DNA of 64,000 nt from Actinomycetota bacterium (lineage in GTDB: Bacteria; Actinomycetota; Acidimicrobiia; Acidimicrobiales; CADCSY01): NCBI GenBank assembly GCA_004366205.1, contig SIRW01000022.1:73239-137238 (forward strand). The letters are read 5' to 3'. Both the position numbers and the translations under genes were made by a program. The notes beneath the pieces were generated by a model. That model saw only the letters and a list, made by a program, of their open reading frames with translations. It was not told the origin of the DNA and ran no database searches. Below, one piece after another: positions 48,940-57,367 of this stretch. The first letter of the stretch is position 1. Each line of letters begins with the position of its first letter.

Positions 48940-49737
48940 TCAGGGCACCCCGGCCGCGGTGCACAGGGCGGCCAGGTCGGCCGCCACCAGGTCCGGCGCG
49001 GGCTCGACGGGCAGGTCGGCCTCGCCGGTCACGCCCGACAGCACCAGGCCGAACCGCCAGCCGATCGCCCGGGCCAGGGCGCCGTCGGTGCTGGGCCGGT
49101 CACCCACGACCATGCCCGGCGCCCCCCCTCCCGCGGCCGCCCGCACCAGCGCGGCCATGGGCCCGTAGGGCTTGCCGGCGACGATCGGCTCGACGCCGGC
49201 GGCGGTCGCCACGGCGGCGAGGATGGCCCCGCCACCGGGGATCGGGCCCTGTGGCGTCGGGTACGTGGGGTCGTCGTTCGTGGCGATCAGGCGGGCGCCC
49301 CGGCGCACCGCGGTCGCCGCCCGCGCCAGGGCGTCGTAGTCGAAGCTCCGGTGCCAGCCGACCACGACGGCGTCGACCGCACCCTCGTCGCTACCGCCGG
49401 GCGCACCTTCCGCGCCGCCGGCCGCCGCGAGCTCGGCGCCCCGCTGCTCGAGCGCCTCGATCACGCCGGGACCGGCGCAGACCTGCACCCGCTCGCCGGG
49501 CCCGACCAGGGAGGCGGCTGCTTGGGCCGAGGTGAGCACGTCGCCGGTGGCGGGGATCCCCATGCGCGCGAGCTTGGCCTCCTGGTCGGCCAGGAGGACC
49601 GAGGAGTTGTTCGTCACGAACAGGACCCGCTCGCCCGCCGCCCGCAGCCGGGCGACCGCTTCGGCCGCTCCCGGGATGGGTTCCTCGGCGAGCCACACCA
49701 CCCCGTCGAGGTCGAGCACCCAGGCCACGGGACGCAT
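48940..49737 (-). CDS. HAD-IIA family hydrolase (Rv1692-like position). ATG 49737 or GTG 49767.
   Basis: Contains WVLDLDGVVW, FVTNNS, GKP and GDRPSTD. Confidence 0.85.
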   Translation of the reverse strand: MRPVAWVLDLDGVVWLAEEPIPGAAEAVARLRAAGERVLFVTNNSSVLLADQEAKLARMGIPATGDVLTSAQAAASLVGPGERVQVCAGPGVIEALEQRGAELAAAGGAEGAPGGSDEGAVDAVVVGWHRSFDYDALARAATAVRRGARLIATNDDPTYPTPQGPIPGGGAILAAVATAAGVEPIVAGKPYGPMAALVRAAAGGGAPGMVVGDRPSTDGALARAIGWRFGLVLSGVTGEADLPVEPAPDLVAADLAALCTAAGVP

Positions 49738-49783
49738 TCGTAGCACTTCGCGCCCGGCGTCCCGCACGTGCTACGCAGAGGGC

Positions 49784-50971
49784 ATGCCCCGCTTCGAGCC
49801 GTTCGCCGGCCTGCGCTACGACCCGGCGCACGTCGACCTCGACGCCGTGACCGCGCCCCCCTACGACGTGATCGGCGACGAGGAGCGCGCCGAGCTCGCG
49901 GCGCGCAGCCCGCACAACATCGTGCACGTCGACCTGCCGGTGGACGGGGAGGCCCGCTACGCGGCGGCGCGCGACCGCCTCGACGGGTGGATCGACGAGG
50001 GGGTGCTCGTCGCCGACCCCGAGCCGTCGTTCTACGTGTACACGATGGACCACCCGGTGCCCGGGGGCCGGCGGACGACCCGGGGGGTCATCGGGGCGCT
50101 CGAGCTCGTGCCGCCCGGCGAGGGCGACGTGCTGCCCCACGAGCACACCACACCGAAAGCCAAGAGCGACCGGTTGGCCTTGCTCGAGGCCACCGGCGTC
50201 AACCTGTCCGCCATCTGGGTGCTCTCGCTGGCGGCGGGCCTCGGGGCGCTGTGCGGTGTCGAGGGTCCGCCCGACGGCGAGTGCACCGACGCCGACGGGG
50301 TGGTCCACCGCATCTGGCGGGTGTCGGACCCGGACCGGGTGTCGGCCATCAGCGAGCTGGTGGGCTCGGCACCCGCGGTCATCGCCGACGGGCACCACCG
50401 GTTCGAGACCTCCCTCGCCCACCGGCAGCGCCGCGACGCCGAGGATGGCCCCGGCCCCTGGGACCTGGCCATGACCTACGCCGTCGAGTTGAGCCCCGAC
50501 GAGCTCACGGTCGGGCCGATCCACCGGGTGCTCACCGGCCTCCCCGCCGGGTTCGACCTCGCCGGCGCGCTGAGCGCCCACTTCGACCTCGAGCCCACCG
50601 CCCCGGTCGACGACACCATCGCCGCGCGCATGGCCGGCGCCGGCGCGCTCGCCCTCGTGCTGCCCGGCGGCACCTTCCTGGCCCGCCCCCGGTCCGGCGC
50701 CGTGACCGCGCCGGAGCTCGACAGCGAGCGCCTGGACGCCGCCCTCGCCGACCTGCCCCCGCACGAGCTCGGCTACCAGCACGGGGCCGGCATCGTGGCC
50801 GGCATGGTGGCTGCCGGGGCCGTGCAGGGCGCCGTGCTGCTGCGCCCGGTGACCGTCGCGCAGATCCAAGCGACGGCGCACGCCCGCGACCGGATGCCGC
50901 CGAAGTCGACCTACTTCTGGCCCAAGCCTCGCACCGGTCCCGTGCTGCGCTCCGTCCGCCCGCCGGGCTGA
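49784..50971 (+). CDS. DUF1015 domain-containing protein
   Basis: Starts MPRFEPFAGLRYD and contains PPYDVI, LPHEHT, KADR-like KSDRLALLEA and IADGHHR. Confidence 0.8.
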   Translation: MPRFEPFAGLRYDPAHVDLDAVTAPPYDVIGDEERAELAARSPHNIVHVDLPVDGEARYAAARDRLDGWIDEGVLVADPEPSFYVYTMDHPVPGGRRTTRGVIGALELVPPGEGDVLPHEHTTPKAKSDRLALLEATGVNLSAIWVLSLAAGLGALCGVEGPPDGECTDADGVVHRIWRVSDPDRVSAISELVGSAPAVIADGHHRFETSLAHRQRRDAEDGPGPWDLAMTYAVELSPDELTVGPIHRVLTGLPAGFDLAGALSAHFDLEPTAPVDDTIAARMAGAGALALVLPGGTFLARPRSGAVTAPELDSERLDAALADLPPHELGYQHGAGIVAGMVAAGAVQGAVLLRPVTVAQIQATAHARDRMPPKSTYFWPKPRTGPVLRSVRPPG

Positions 50972-51026
50972 CGCGCGCCGCCGGCCGCTAACCTCCGCCC
51001 GGCTGGGACGCCCCCGGGAGACGCAG

Positions 51027-51530
51027 TTGCTCGAAGCCGGCCACACCGTGCTCCTCGTCGACGACGACGCCTACCTGCGCGTCGTGGCGTCGATGGAGCT
51101 GCCGGGGGTCGAGCTGATCGAGGCGGGCTCGATCCACGAGGCGCTCGAGGTCGCGCGCGCGACCGAGCCCGACGCCGTGCTGGTCGACCGCCGCCTGCCC
51201 GACGGCGACGGCCTCGACCTGGTGCGGCAGCTTCGGGAGATCGAGGCCCTCGCCCGGGTGCCGGTCCTCGTGATCACCGCGGGCCACGACGAGGCGCACC
51301 GCATCGACGTGCTGCGGGCCGGCGCCGACGAGTACCTGGCCAAGCCCTTCGAGCCCGCCGACCTGCTGGCCCGACTCGAGCGCGTCCTGGCCGTGCCACC
51401 CGGCGGCCGCCGCCAGCGCCGCCTGTCGCTCATCCAGCGGCTGCAGGCCGGCATCACCGGCGATCCCGACCCCCTGCCTCCACCACCGGCTCCCACCCCC
51501 CGCCGCCGCGGCCTGTTCCGCCGCCGCTGA
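51027..51530 (+). CDS. Stand-alone receiver-domain response regulator (no output domain) with a Pro/Arg-rich tail
   Basis: Contains VLLVDDD, the phospho-acceptor region VLVDRRLPDGDG and KPF. TTG 51027 has GGGAGA 6 nt upstream. Confidence 0.8.
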   Translation: MLEAGHTVLLVDDDAYLRVVASMELPGVELIEAGSIHEALEVARATEPDAVLVDRRLPDGDGLDLVRQLREIEALARVPVLVITAGHDEAHRIDVLRAGADEYLAKPFEPADLLARLERVLAVPPGGRRQRRLSLIQRLQAGITGDPDPLPPPPAPTPRRRGLFRRR

Positions 51531-51560
51531 CCCCCCGCTCCTCACTCCACCGCCCCCCCA

Positions 51561-51620
51561 CCCACCGTTCCGGGTGGCCCACGTCTCACCCACGCGAGAC
51601 CAGCACCCCCCAGAACCGGC
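51561..51620. repeat. Copy B of the 60-nt structured intergenic element (paired with 22101..22160)
   Basis: 48/60 ungapped identity to copy A. The inner stem is reduced to gtctc/gagac. The outer pairing is retained. It is preceded by a strongly C-rich, G-poor tract (51529-51566). Confidence 0.75.
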
Positions 51621-51649
51621 TTGACGGCTCCCGGACGGCGACGTGGGGG

Positions 51650-52498
51650 TCAGGCGGCGGTGGGCGGGGCGGGATGGGCGCCGGCGCGGGCCTCGAAGCG
51701 CTCGACGTGGCGGCGGGCCTGCCACAGCAGGAGCCGGCCGTTGGCCCGGGCGGGCGCGGTGCGGGCCGACCGGGGCGTTGCCCGGGCGAGCCGGCGCATG
51801 TGGGCCTCGAGCCGGTCGAGGCGCGCCTGGCGCCGCTCGTCCCACGACCACCCGAGCTGGTCGCGCACCGCCGCCGGGGTGGCCCCGACCGTGACGAGCC
51901 GGTGCAGGCGCAACGGCGGCGCAAGGGGGACGTGCAGGCGCAGCGGCAGCGTCGGGTCGACCACGAACCCCGCCAGCTCGCGGCCGGCGTCGGTGACCTC
52001 GAGCGACGCCACCGTGTCGGCGACGTACCGCTCGAAGTCGGCGAGGGTGGCGGGCTGGTCGGCGACCGGCACCCCGAACAGCTCGGCCACGACCTTCATC
52101 TCCTGGTAGTAGGTCTCGGCGAGCTCGGGCGGCAGTGGGCGCACCATCCGCTGGTAGCAGCGCAGCGCCGTGTCGGCGAGGGTGGCGTGGACCCAGAGCA
52201 GGTGCTCGGGATCGTTGGCCCGGTAGCCGGGGCCCACGACGAGCTCGTGGATCCACCGCACCCGGCGGGCGACGCCACGGGCCAGGTCGGCCGGCCCGAA
52301 CACGATGGCGTACATGGCCTCGAGCGTCCCCTGGAGCCGGGCGAAGGGGTTGCGCTGGAACTCGCTGTGGTCGGCGACGCCCTGGGCGACCGCCGGGTTG
52401 GCGAGCTGCAGGACCAGCGCCCGGCCGGCGCCGAGCGCCACGGCGGGCTCGAGGTTGACGCGGCGGATCACGGCGTCGGGGGGGAACAGGTCGGTCAC
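51650..52498 (-). CDS. DUF2236 / MpaB-family oxygenase-like protein
   Basis: Contains ALVLQLANPAVAQGV, RRVRWIHELV and LLWVHATL. Confidence 0.7.
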   Translation of the reverse strand: MTDLFPPDAVIRRVNLEPAVALGAGRALVLQLANPAVAQGVADHSEFQRNPFARLQGTLEAMYAIVFGPADLARGVARRVRWIHELVVGPGYRANDPEHLLWVHATLADTALRCYQRMVRPLPPELAETYYQEMKVVAELFGVPVADQPATLADFERYVADTVASLEVTDAGRELAGFVVDPTLPLRLHVPLAPPLRLHRLVTVGATPAAVRDQLGWSWDERRQARLDRLEAHMRRLARATPRSARTAPARANGRLLLWQARRHVERFEARAGAHPAPPTAA

Positions 52499-52504
52499 AC
52501 CCCG

Positions 52505-52510
52505 AGCGTA
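52505..52510 (-). promoter_or_regulatory. Candidate -10 box TACGCT, 6 nt upstream of GTG 52498 (leaderless-type)
   Basis: The minus strand reads gcTACGCTcggggtGTG. It abuts the tetR stop codon. Confidence 0.35.
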
Positions 52511-52514
52511 GCTG

Positions 52515-53144
52515 CTATTGGCGTTCCGCCGACAACGGATCGATCAGCGGGAGGAGCGCCTCGAGGAACAGGGGCAGGCCCCGCAGCAGCAGCGCCTTGG
52601 CCTGCTCCCGCGTGAGGCGGCCCCGCTGGAGCCACTCGCGGGTGACCTGCTCGGTGAAGCCGCCGTAGGCCCGGCCGATCGCCCGGACCTCGGTGCTGAA
52701 CGGCTCGGGGACGCCCAGCGCCTGCAGCGCCCGCTCGGCCACGACCTCGCCGCTCTCGTCGACGATGGCCTCGACCTCGGGGTCGTGGCCCACGGCGCCG
52801 GCGCCCACCGCGGCCAGCCACAGCCCGCGGTTCGCCTCGACCAGCTCCAGCCAGCCCTCGACCGCCACCTCCCACACCTCGGCGGCCACGGGCTGGCCCT
52901 CCTCGGGCAGGGGCAGGATCGGCACCCGCACCACGTCGCGCACGAGCTCCAGGTACAGGTCGCGCTTGGACCCGAAGTAGTGGTGGAGGAGCCCGCGGGC
53001 CACGCCGGCCTCCTCGGCCAGGTCCGCCATGGAGATCTCGCTGTAGGGCTTCCGCTCGAGGAGGCGGTGCGCGGCCGCCAGGATCAGCGCCCGGCGCTCG
53101 TCGTGGTCGAGCCGGACGCGCTTCTTCTTGCCGGGGGTGTCCAC
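52515..53144 (-). CDS. TetR/AcrR-family transcriptional regulator
   Basis: Contains RRALILAAAHRLLERKPYSEISMADLAEEAGVARGLLHHYFGSKRDLY. The GTG start immediately follows the upstream TAG. Confidence 0.9.
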   Translation of the reverse strand: MDTPGKKKRVRLDHDERRALILAAAHRLLERKPYSEISMADLAEEAGVARGLLHHYFGSKRDLYLELVRDVVRVPILPLPEEGQPVAAEVWEVAVEGWLELVEANRGLWLAAVGAGAVGHDPEVEAIVDESGEVVAERALQALGVPEPFSTEVRAIGRAYGGFTEQVTREWLQRGRLTREQAKALLLRGLPLFLEALLPLIDPLSAERQ

Positions 53145-54158
53145 CTAGGCGACGAGCTCCGCCATCACCTCGAGCGCCTCGGGCTGCATGGCGCCGCAGA
53201 TCATCGTCGTGACCGGGGCCTCCCGCCAGGCGCCGAGCAGGTCGGCGATGCGCTCCTTGGGCCCGCAGAGCGCGACCTCGTCCACGAGCTCGTCGGGCAC
53301 CGCAGCGGTGGCCTCGGCCTTCTTCCCGTCGAGGTAGAGGTCCTGGATGTGCTTGGCGGCGGCCTCGAACCCGTACCGGCACGCCAGGTCGTTGTAGAAG
53401 TTCCGGCCCCGAGCACCCATGCCGCCGATGTACAGCGCCAGCATCGGCTTCACCAGGTTGCGGCACCCGTCGACGTCGTCGCCGAGCACGACGGGCACGC
53501 TCGGGGCGATGTCGAACGACTCGAGGTCGGCCCCGGCGAACGTCTCGCCGTAGGTCTCGGCGAAGCGCTGGGGCGAGAAGAAGATCGGGAGCCACCCGTC
53601 GGCGATCTCCGCGGCGAGGGCCACGTTTCTGGGGCCGATCGCCGCGAGGTAGATCGGGATGTCGGCGCGATGCGGGTGCAGGATCAGCTTCAGCGGCTTG
53701 CCCAGGCCCGTGGCGTCGGGGCCCGTGTAGGGGATGTCGTAGTGCTCGCCGTGGTGCTCCAGGGGGCGTTCGCGGCGCAGGACCTCCCGCACGATCGAGA
53801 CGTACTCGCGGGTCTTGGCCAGCGGCTTGCCGTAGGGCTCGCCGTGCCAGCCCTCGACGACCTGCGGACCCGACAGGCCCAGCCCGAGCAGGAACCGCCC
53901 GCCCGTCAGCAGGTCGAGCGTCGCTGCCGTCATGGCGGTGTTGGCGGGCGTGCGGGCCGGCATCTGCATGATGGCGGTGCCCACGTTGATGCTCGACGTG
54001 CGGGCCGCGACCCACGTGAGCGGCACCACGGCGTCGGACCCGTAGGCCTCGGCCGTCCACACCGAGTGGAAGCCGAGCCGCTCGGCGTGGGTCACCACCT
54101 CCACGAGCCGATCGGGCGCGCCGGCGCCGAAGTAACCGATGTTGAGGCCGAGTCGCAT
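53145..54158 (-). CDS. LLM-class (luciferase-like) F420-dependent oxidoreductase
   Basis: Starts [11 protein letters not shown] and contains [34 protein letters not shown] and the LLM-type C-terminus. Confidence 0.85.
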   Translation of the reverse strand: MRLGLNIGYFGAGAPDRLVEVVTHAERLGFHSVWTAEAYGSDAVVPLTWVAARTSSINVGTAIMQMPARTPANTAMTAATLDLLTGGRFLLGLGLSGPQVVEGWHGEPYGKPLAKTREYVSIVREVLRRERPLEHHGEHYDIPYTGPDATGLGKPLKLILHPHRADIPIYLAAIGPRNVALAAEIADGWLPIFFSPQRFAETYGETFAGADLESFDIAPSVPVVLGDDVDGCRNLVKPMLALYIGGMGARGRNFYNDLACRYGFEAAAKHIQDLYLDGKKAEATAAVPDELVDEVALCGPKERIADLLGAWREAPVTTMICGAMQPEALEVMAELVA

Positions 54159-54164
54159 GCCGTC

Positions 54165-54174
54165 ACCCTACGAT
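54165..54174. promoter_or_regulatory. Overlapping divergent candidate -10 boxes: TAGGGT (minus strand, 54170..54165, 6 nt before ATG 54158) and TACGAT (plus strand, 54169..54174, 7 nt before ATG 54182)
   Basis: Read directly from catgccgtcaccctacgatgtggcccatg. Only 23 nt separate the two start codons. Confidence 0.35.
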
Positions 54175-54181
54175 GTGGCCC

Positions 54182-54661
54182 ATGGACGTCGCATCACTGC
54201 ACGACCGGGCGCGCACCCGCTGGGCCGGGATGACCGGCAAGCTCGGCCTCGGCTTCGCCCTGGTGGGGTTCCTGTTCATCGTGCTGGCGTGGAACGGGGC
54301 GGCGAGCCTCGACTACACGCAGGGCCAGATCCCCTACCTGATCTCGGGCGGGGTCAGCGGGCTCGGCCTCATCGTGCTGGGCGCGGCGCTCGTGATCGCC
54401 GAGAGCAACCGCCGCGACCGGGCCCTGCTCGAGCAGCGCCTCGACGAGATGACGGCGACGCTCGCCCGCCTGTCCCCTGTCGCCACCGGAGCCGCCGCGG
54501 CGACGGCGGCGCTCCCGGCGGGCTCCGTCGTCGCCGGCCGGTCCTCGTACCACCGTCCCGACTGCCGGCTCGCCGAGGGCCGGGGCGAGGAGGCCGACGT
54601 GCTGGCGCGCGAGCGGGCCGAGGCCGAGGGCCTCACCCCGTGCCGGGTCTGCAAGCCCTGA
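54182..54661 (+). CDS. Two-TM membrane protein with a C-terminal Ada-N-terminal-like Zn-binding motif (H-C-C-C). Hypothetical.
   Basis: Hydrophobic helices LGLGFALVGFLFIVLAW and GVSGLGLIVLGAALVIA. C-terminal YHRPDCRLA...GLTPCRVCKP resembles Ada YCRPSCPA...GFRPCKRCQP. The track ORF starts at ATG 54173. Confidence 0.65.
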   Translation: MDVASLHDRARTRWAGMTGKLGLGFALVGFLFIVLAWNGAASLDYTQGQIPYLISGGVSGLGLIVLGAALVIAESNRRDRALLEQRLDEMTATLARLSPVATGAAAATAALPAGSVVAGRSSYHRPDCRLAEGRGEEADVLARERAEAEGLTPCRVCKP

Positions 54662-54682
54662 GCGCCCGCGTCAGGCCCCGGC

Positions 54683-55396
54683 TCAGGCCTTGCCGAGGTA
54701 GGTCTCGCGCAGGCGGGTCGAGTCGCGGATCTCGTCGCCCACCCCTCGGTACACGAGCGTCCCCTTCTCCATCACCAGCGCCCGGTCGGCGTGGCGCAGC
54801 GCCCCCACGTTCTGCTCGACGAGGATCACGGTCACGCCGCTCTCGTTGATCAGATCGACGACCTCGAACACCGTCTTGGCGAGCAGCGGCGACAGCCCGA
54901 GGGAGGCCTCGTCGATGAGCAGCAGCCGGGGCGCGGCCATCAGGCCCCGGCCGATGGCGAGCATCTGCTGCTCGCCGCCCGACATGCTGCCGGCGGCTTG
55001 GTCCCGCCGCTCGGCCAGGCGGGGGAAGTACTCGAACACGAGCTCGACCGATGCCGCGATCCCGGCGGCGTCCTTGCGCCGGGTCCAGGCGCCGAGGCGG
55101 AGGTTCTCGTAGACGGTCAGCTCGGGGAACGTGCGCCGGCCCTCCGGCACCAGGCAGACGCCGAGGCGGACCAGCTCGGGCGGGCTCATCCCCGTGACGT
55201 CCCGGCCGTCGAACCGCACCCGGCCGCCCCAGGGGGTGTTGACGCCGACGATGTTGGTGACCGTCGTCGTCTTGCCGGCGCCGTTGAGGCCGAGCAGCAC
55301 GGCGGTCTCGCCCTCTTCCACCTCGAAGCTGACCCCGTCGAGCACGGGCTGGGACCCGTAGCCCGCCCGCAGCTCCTCGACCTCGAGCAGCGCCAT
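54683..55396 (-). CDS. livF: Branched-chain amino acid-type ABC transporter ATP-binding protein (LivF-like)
   Basis: Contains GLNGAGKTT, MSGGEQQML and LLLIDEAS. ATG 55396 shares 1 nt with the livG TGA. Confidence 0.88.
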   Translation of the reverse strand: MALLEVEELRAGYGSQPVLDGVSFEVEEGETAVLLGLNGAGKTTTVTNIVGVNTPWGGRVRFDGRDVTGMSPPELVRLGVCLVPEGRRTFPELTVYENLRLGAWTRRKDAAGIAASVELVFEYFPRLAERRDQAAGSMSGGEQQMLAIGRGLMAAPRLLLIDEASLGLSPLLAKTVFEVVDLINESGVTVILVEQNVGALRHADRALVMEKGTLVYRGVGDEIRDSTRLRETYLGKA

Positions 55397-56286
55397 CAGC
55401 CAGCCTCCCCTGCGCGCAGGGGCCGGCGCCGGCGCCGGCCCGGGCCGGCCGGGGCGTCCCCGCCGCCCCCCTCCGCGGCCGGCGCGCTGGTCGGTGGGGC
55501 GGGAGCCAGCGCGTCGCCCTCCTCGGCCTCCTCGCCGAGGTAGGCGGTGACCACCTCGGGGTGGTTGCGCACGTCCTCGGGTGGGCCCTCGGTGAGGAGC
55601 TGGCCGAAGTTCAAGCAGTACACGTGGTCGCAGACCCGCACGACGAGCGGCACGTGGTGCTCGATCATGAGGATCGTGAGCCCCAGCTCCCGCCGCAGGC
55701 GCAGCAGGGTGTCGCCGAGCTCGTGGGCCTCCTCGGGGCCCATGCCCGACGACGGCTCGTCGAGCATGAGGATCTCGGGGTCGGTGGCGAGCACGGCCGC
55801 CATCTCGACGTTCTTCATCGTGCCGTACGGCAGGCCGGCCACCCGCCGGTCGGCCAGGTCGGCCAGATCGACCAGCTCGAGGATCTGCATGGCCCGGTCC
55901 CGCAGCTCGCGCTCGTGGCGCCACACGGCGGGCGTGCCGACGATCCCCGACAGGTCGTCGTAGGCGACCTTGGCGTGCTGGGCGGTGATCAGGTTCTCGA
56001 TGACCGTGGCGCCCTTCACCAGCCCGACCTGCTGGAACGTGCGACCCATCCCCGACGCCGCCCGCTCGTGGATCGGCACGTCGGTGACGTCGCGCCCCAG
56101 GAACCGCACCCGGCCCTCGTTGGGCCGGTAGAAGCCCGTGATGCAGTTGAACAGCGTCGTCTTCCCGGCGCCGTTCGGGCCGATGAGCCCGACGATCTCC
56201 CACTCCTGGACGCGCACGGACACGTCCGAGAGCGCCTGGAGCCCGCCGAAGCGGATCGACACCGAGTCGACGTCAAGGACGGCCAC
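55396..56286 (-). CDS. livG: Branched-chain amino acid-type ABC transporter ATP-binding protein (LivG-like) with a 45-aa low-complexity C-terminal tail
   Basis: Contains GPNGAGKTTLFN and MLDEPSSG. After the usual AYLGE ending, the tail reads EAEEGDALAPAPPTSAPAAEGGGGDAPAG... Confidence 0.88.
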   Translation of the reverse strand: MAVLDVDSVSIRFGGLQALSDVSVRVQEWEIVGLIGPNGAGKTTLFNCITGFYRPNEGRVRFLGRDVTDVPIHERAASGMGRTFQQVGLVKGATVIENLITAQHAKVAYDDLSGIVGTPAVWRHERELRDRAMQILELVDLADLADRRVAGLPYGTMKNVEMAAVLATDPEILMLDEPSSGMGPEEAHELGDTLLRLRRELGLTILMIEHHVPLVVRVCDHVYCLNFGQLLTEGPPEDVRNHPEVVTAYLGEEAEEGDALAPAPPTSAPAAEGGGGDAPAGPGRRRRRPLRAGEAG

Positions 56287-57367
56287 GGACGCCCTCCTCC
56301 ACGAACCCTTCGTCGTCGCCGCGGGCGAACGGCCCGCCGCCCATCCACCGGGTGATCGGCCGGATGATCTGGCCCACGCCGCCGGGGGCGTACACGAGGA
56401 TGGCCACCAGGAGGAACGCCCCGGCCGCCAGGCTGAGGAACGGTGCCGAGGTGCCGAAGGTGTCGCTCAGGTAGTCGGGGATGAGGTGGAACAGCGTGGT
56501 GAAGACCACCACGCCGATGCGCGACCGGACGCCGCCGACGACCGTGGCGATCACCAGGAACAGCGCCAGCTCGAAGTCGAGGTCCTGTGAGGCGACCCGC
56601 TGGTTCCAGAAGGCGTACAGCGTGCCGGCCAGCCCGACGAACACGCCGGACAGCACGAAGGCCAGCAGCTTGTAGCGGGCGACGGGGATGCCGTAGGAGG
56701 ACGCCACCTGCTCGTTCTCGCGGGCGGCGCTCACGGCCCGGCCCGCCTTCGACCGCGTGAACCGCCAGTCGAGGTACAGCACCACCCCGAGCATCAGCAG
56801 GCAGAACAGGTAGAACGCCCGGTTGGTCTGGAGGATGTCGGGGCGGGGCGCCTCGACGCCCGCTCCCCGCCCGAACATGGGCAGGTTGAACAGCGTCTCC
56901 TGGGCCAGGCGCCCGTAGGCCAGGGTCACGAGCGCCAGGTAGAGGCCCTTGATGCGCAGGGCCACGACGCCCATCAGCAACGACGCCACGGCGCCGGTGA
57001 GGGCGCCGCTGACGAGCGCCACCCAGAAGCTCTGGCCCCCCACGGTGACCGTGTAGGCGGCGAAGAACGCACCGACGCCGAAGAACCCCTGATGGCCCAG
57101 GGAGATCTGCCCGGCGTGGCCGATGAGCACGTTCAGCGACAGGGCGGCGATGGCGAGGATGACGGCCTCGGACCACCGGAAGGCGTGGAACTGGGGAAGC
57201 AGCAGCGGCAGGACGACCACGACGAACGCGAGCCCGGCCCAGGCCAGCCCCCGCGCCGCCCACCCGCCGCCGCCGGGTCCTCCGCCGGCGCCGGTCCCCG
57301 TGCCGGGGCGCTCGGGGTCCGGGCGGTCGTCGCCGGCGGCGCCGGGCGGGGCCTCGACGACGGCCAT
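56273..57367 (-). CDS. livM: Branched-chain amino acid-type ABC transporter permease (LivM-like)
   Basis: Contains GHAGQISLGHQGFFGVGAF. Polytopic. 35-aa Gly/Pro-rich N-terminal extension. Confidence 0.85.
   Translation of the reverse strand: MAVVEAPPGAAGDDRPDPERPGTGTGAGGGPGGGGWAARGLAWAGLAFVVVVLPLLLPQFHAFRWSEAVILAIAALSLNVLIGHAGQISLGHQGFFGVGAFFAAYTVTVGGQSFWVALVSGALTGAVASLLMGVVALRIKGLYLALVTLAYGRLAQETLFNLPMFGRGAGVEAPRPDILQTNRAFYLFCLLMLGVVLYLDWRFTRSKAGRAVSAARENEQVASSYGIPVARYKLLAFVLSGVFVGLAGTLYAFWNQRVASQDLDFELALFLVIATVVGGVRSRIGVVVFTTLFHLIPDYLSDTFGTSAPFLSLAAGAFLLVAILVYAPGGVGQIIRPITRWMGGGPFARGDDEGFVEEGVRGRP

Noticed and set aside
51661-51678. Canonical G-quadruplex motif GGGCGGGGCGGGATGGG, plus looser G-runs at 22160-22205
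   Set aside because: The motif lies inside the DUF2236 coding sequence. Such motifs are expected frequently at this GC content, so there is no evidence of function.
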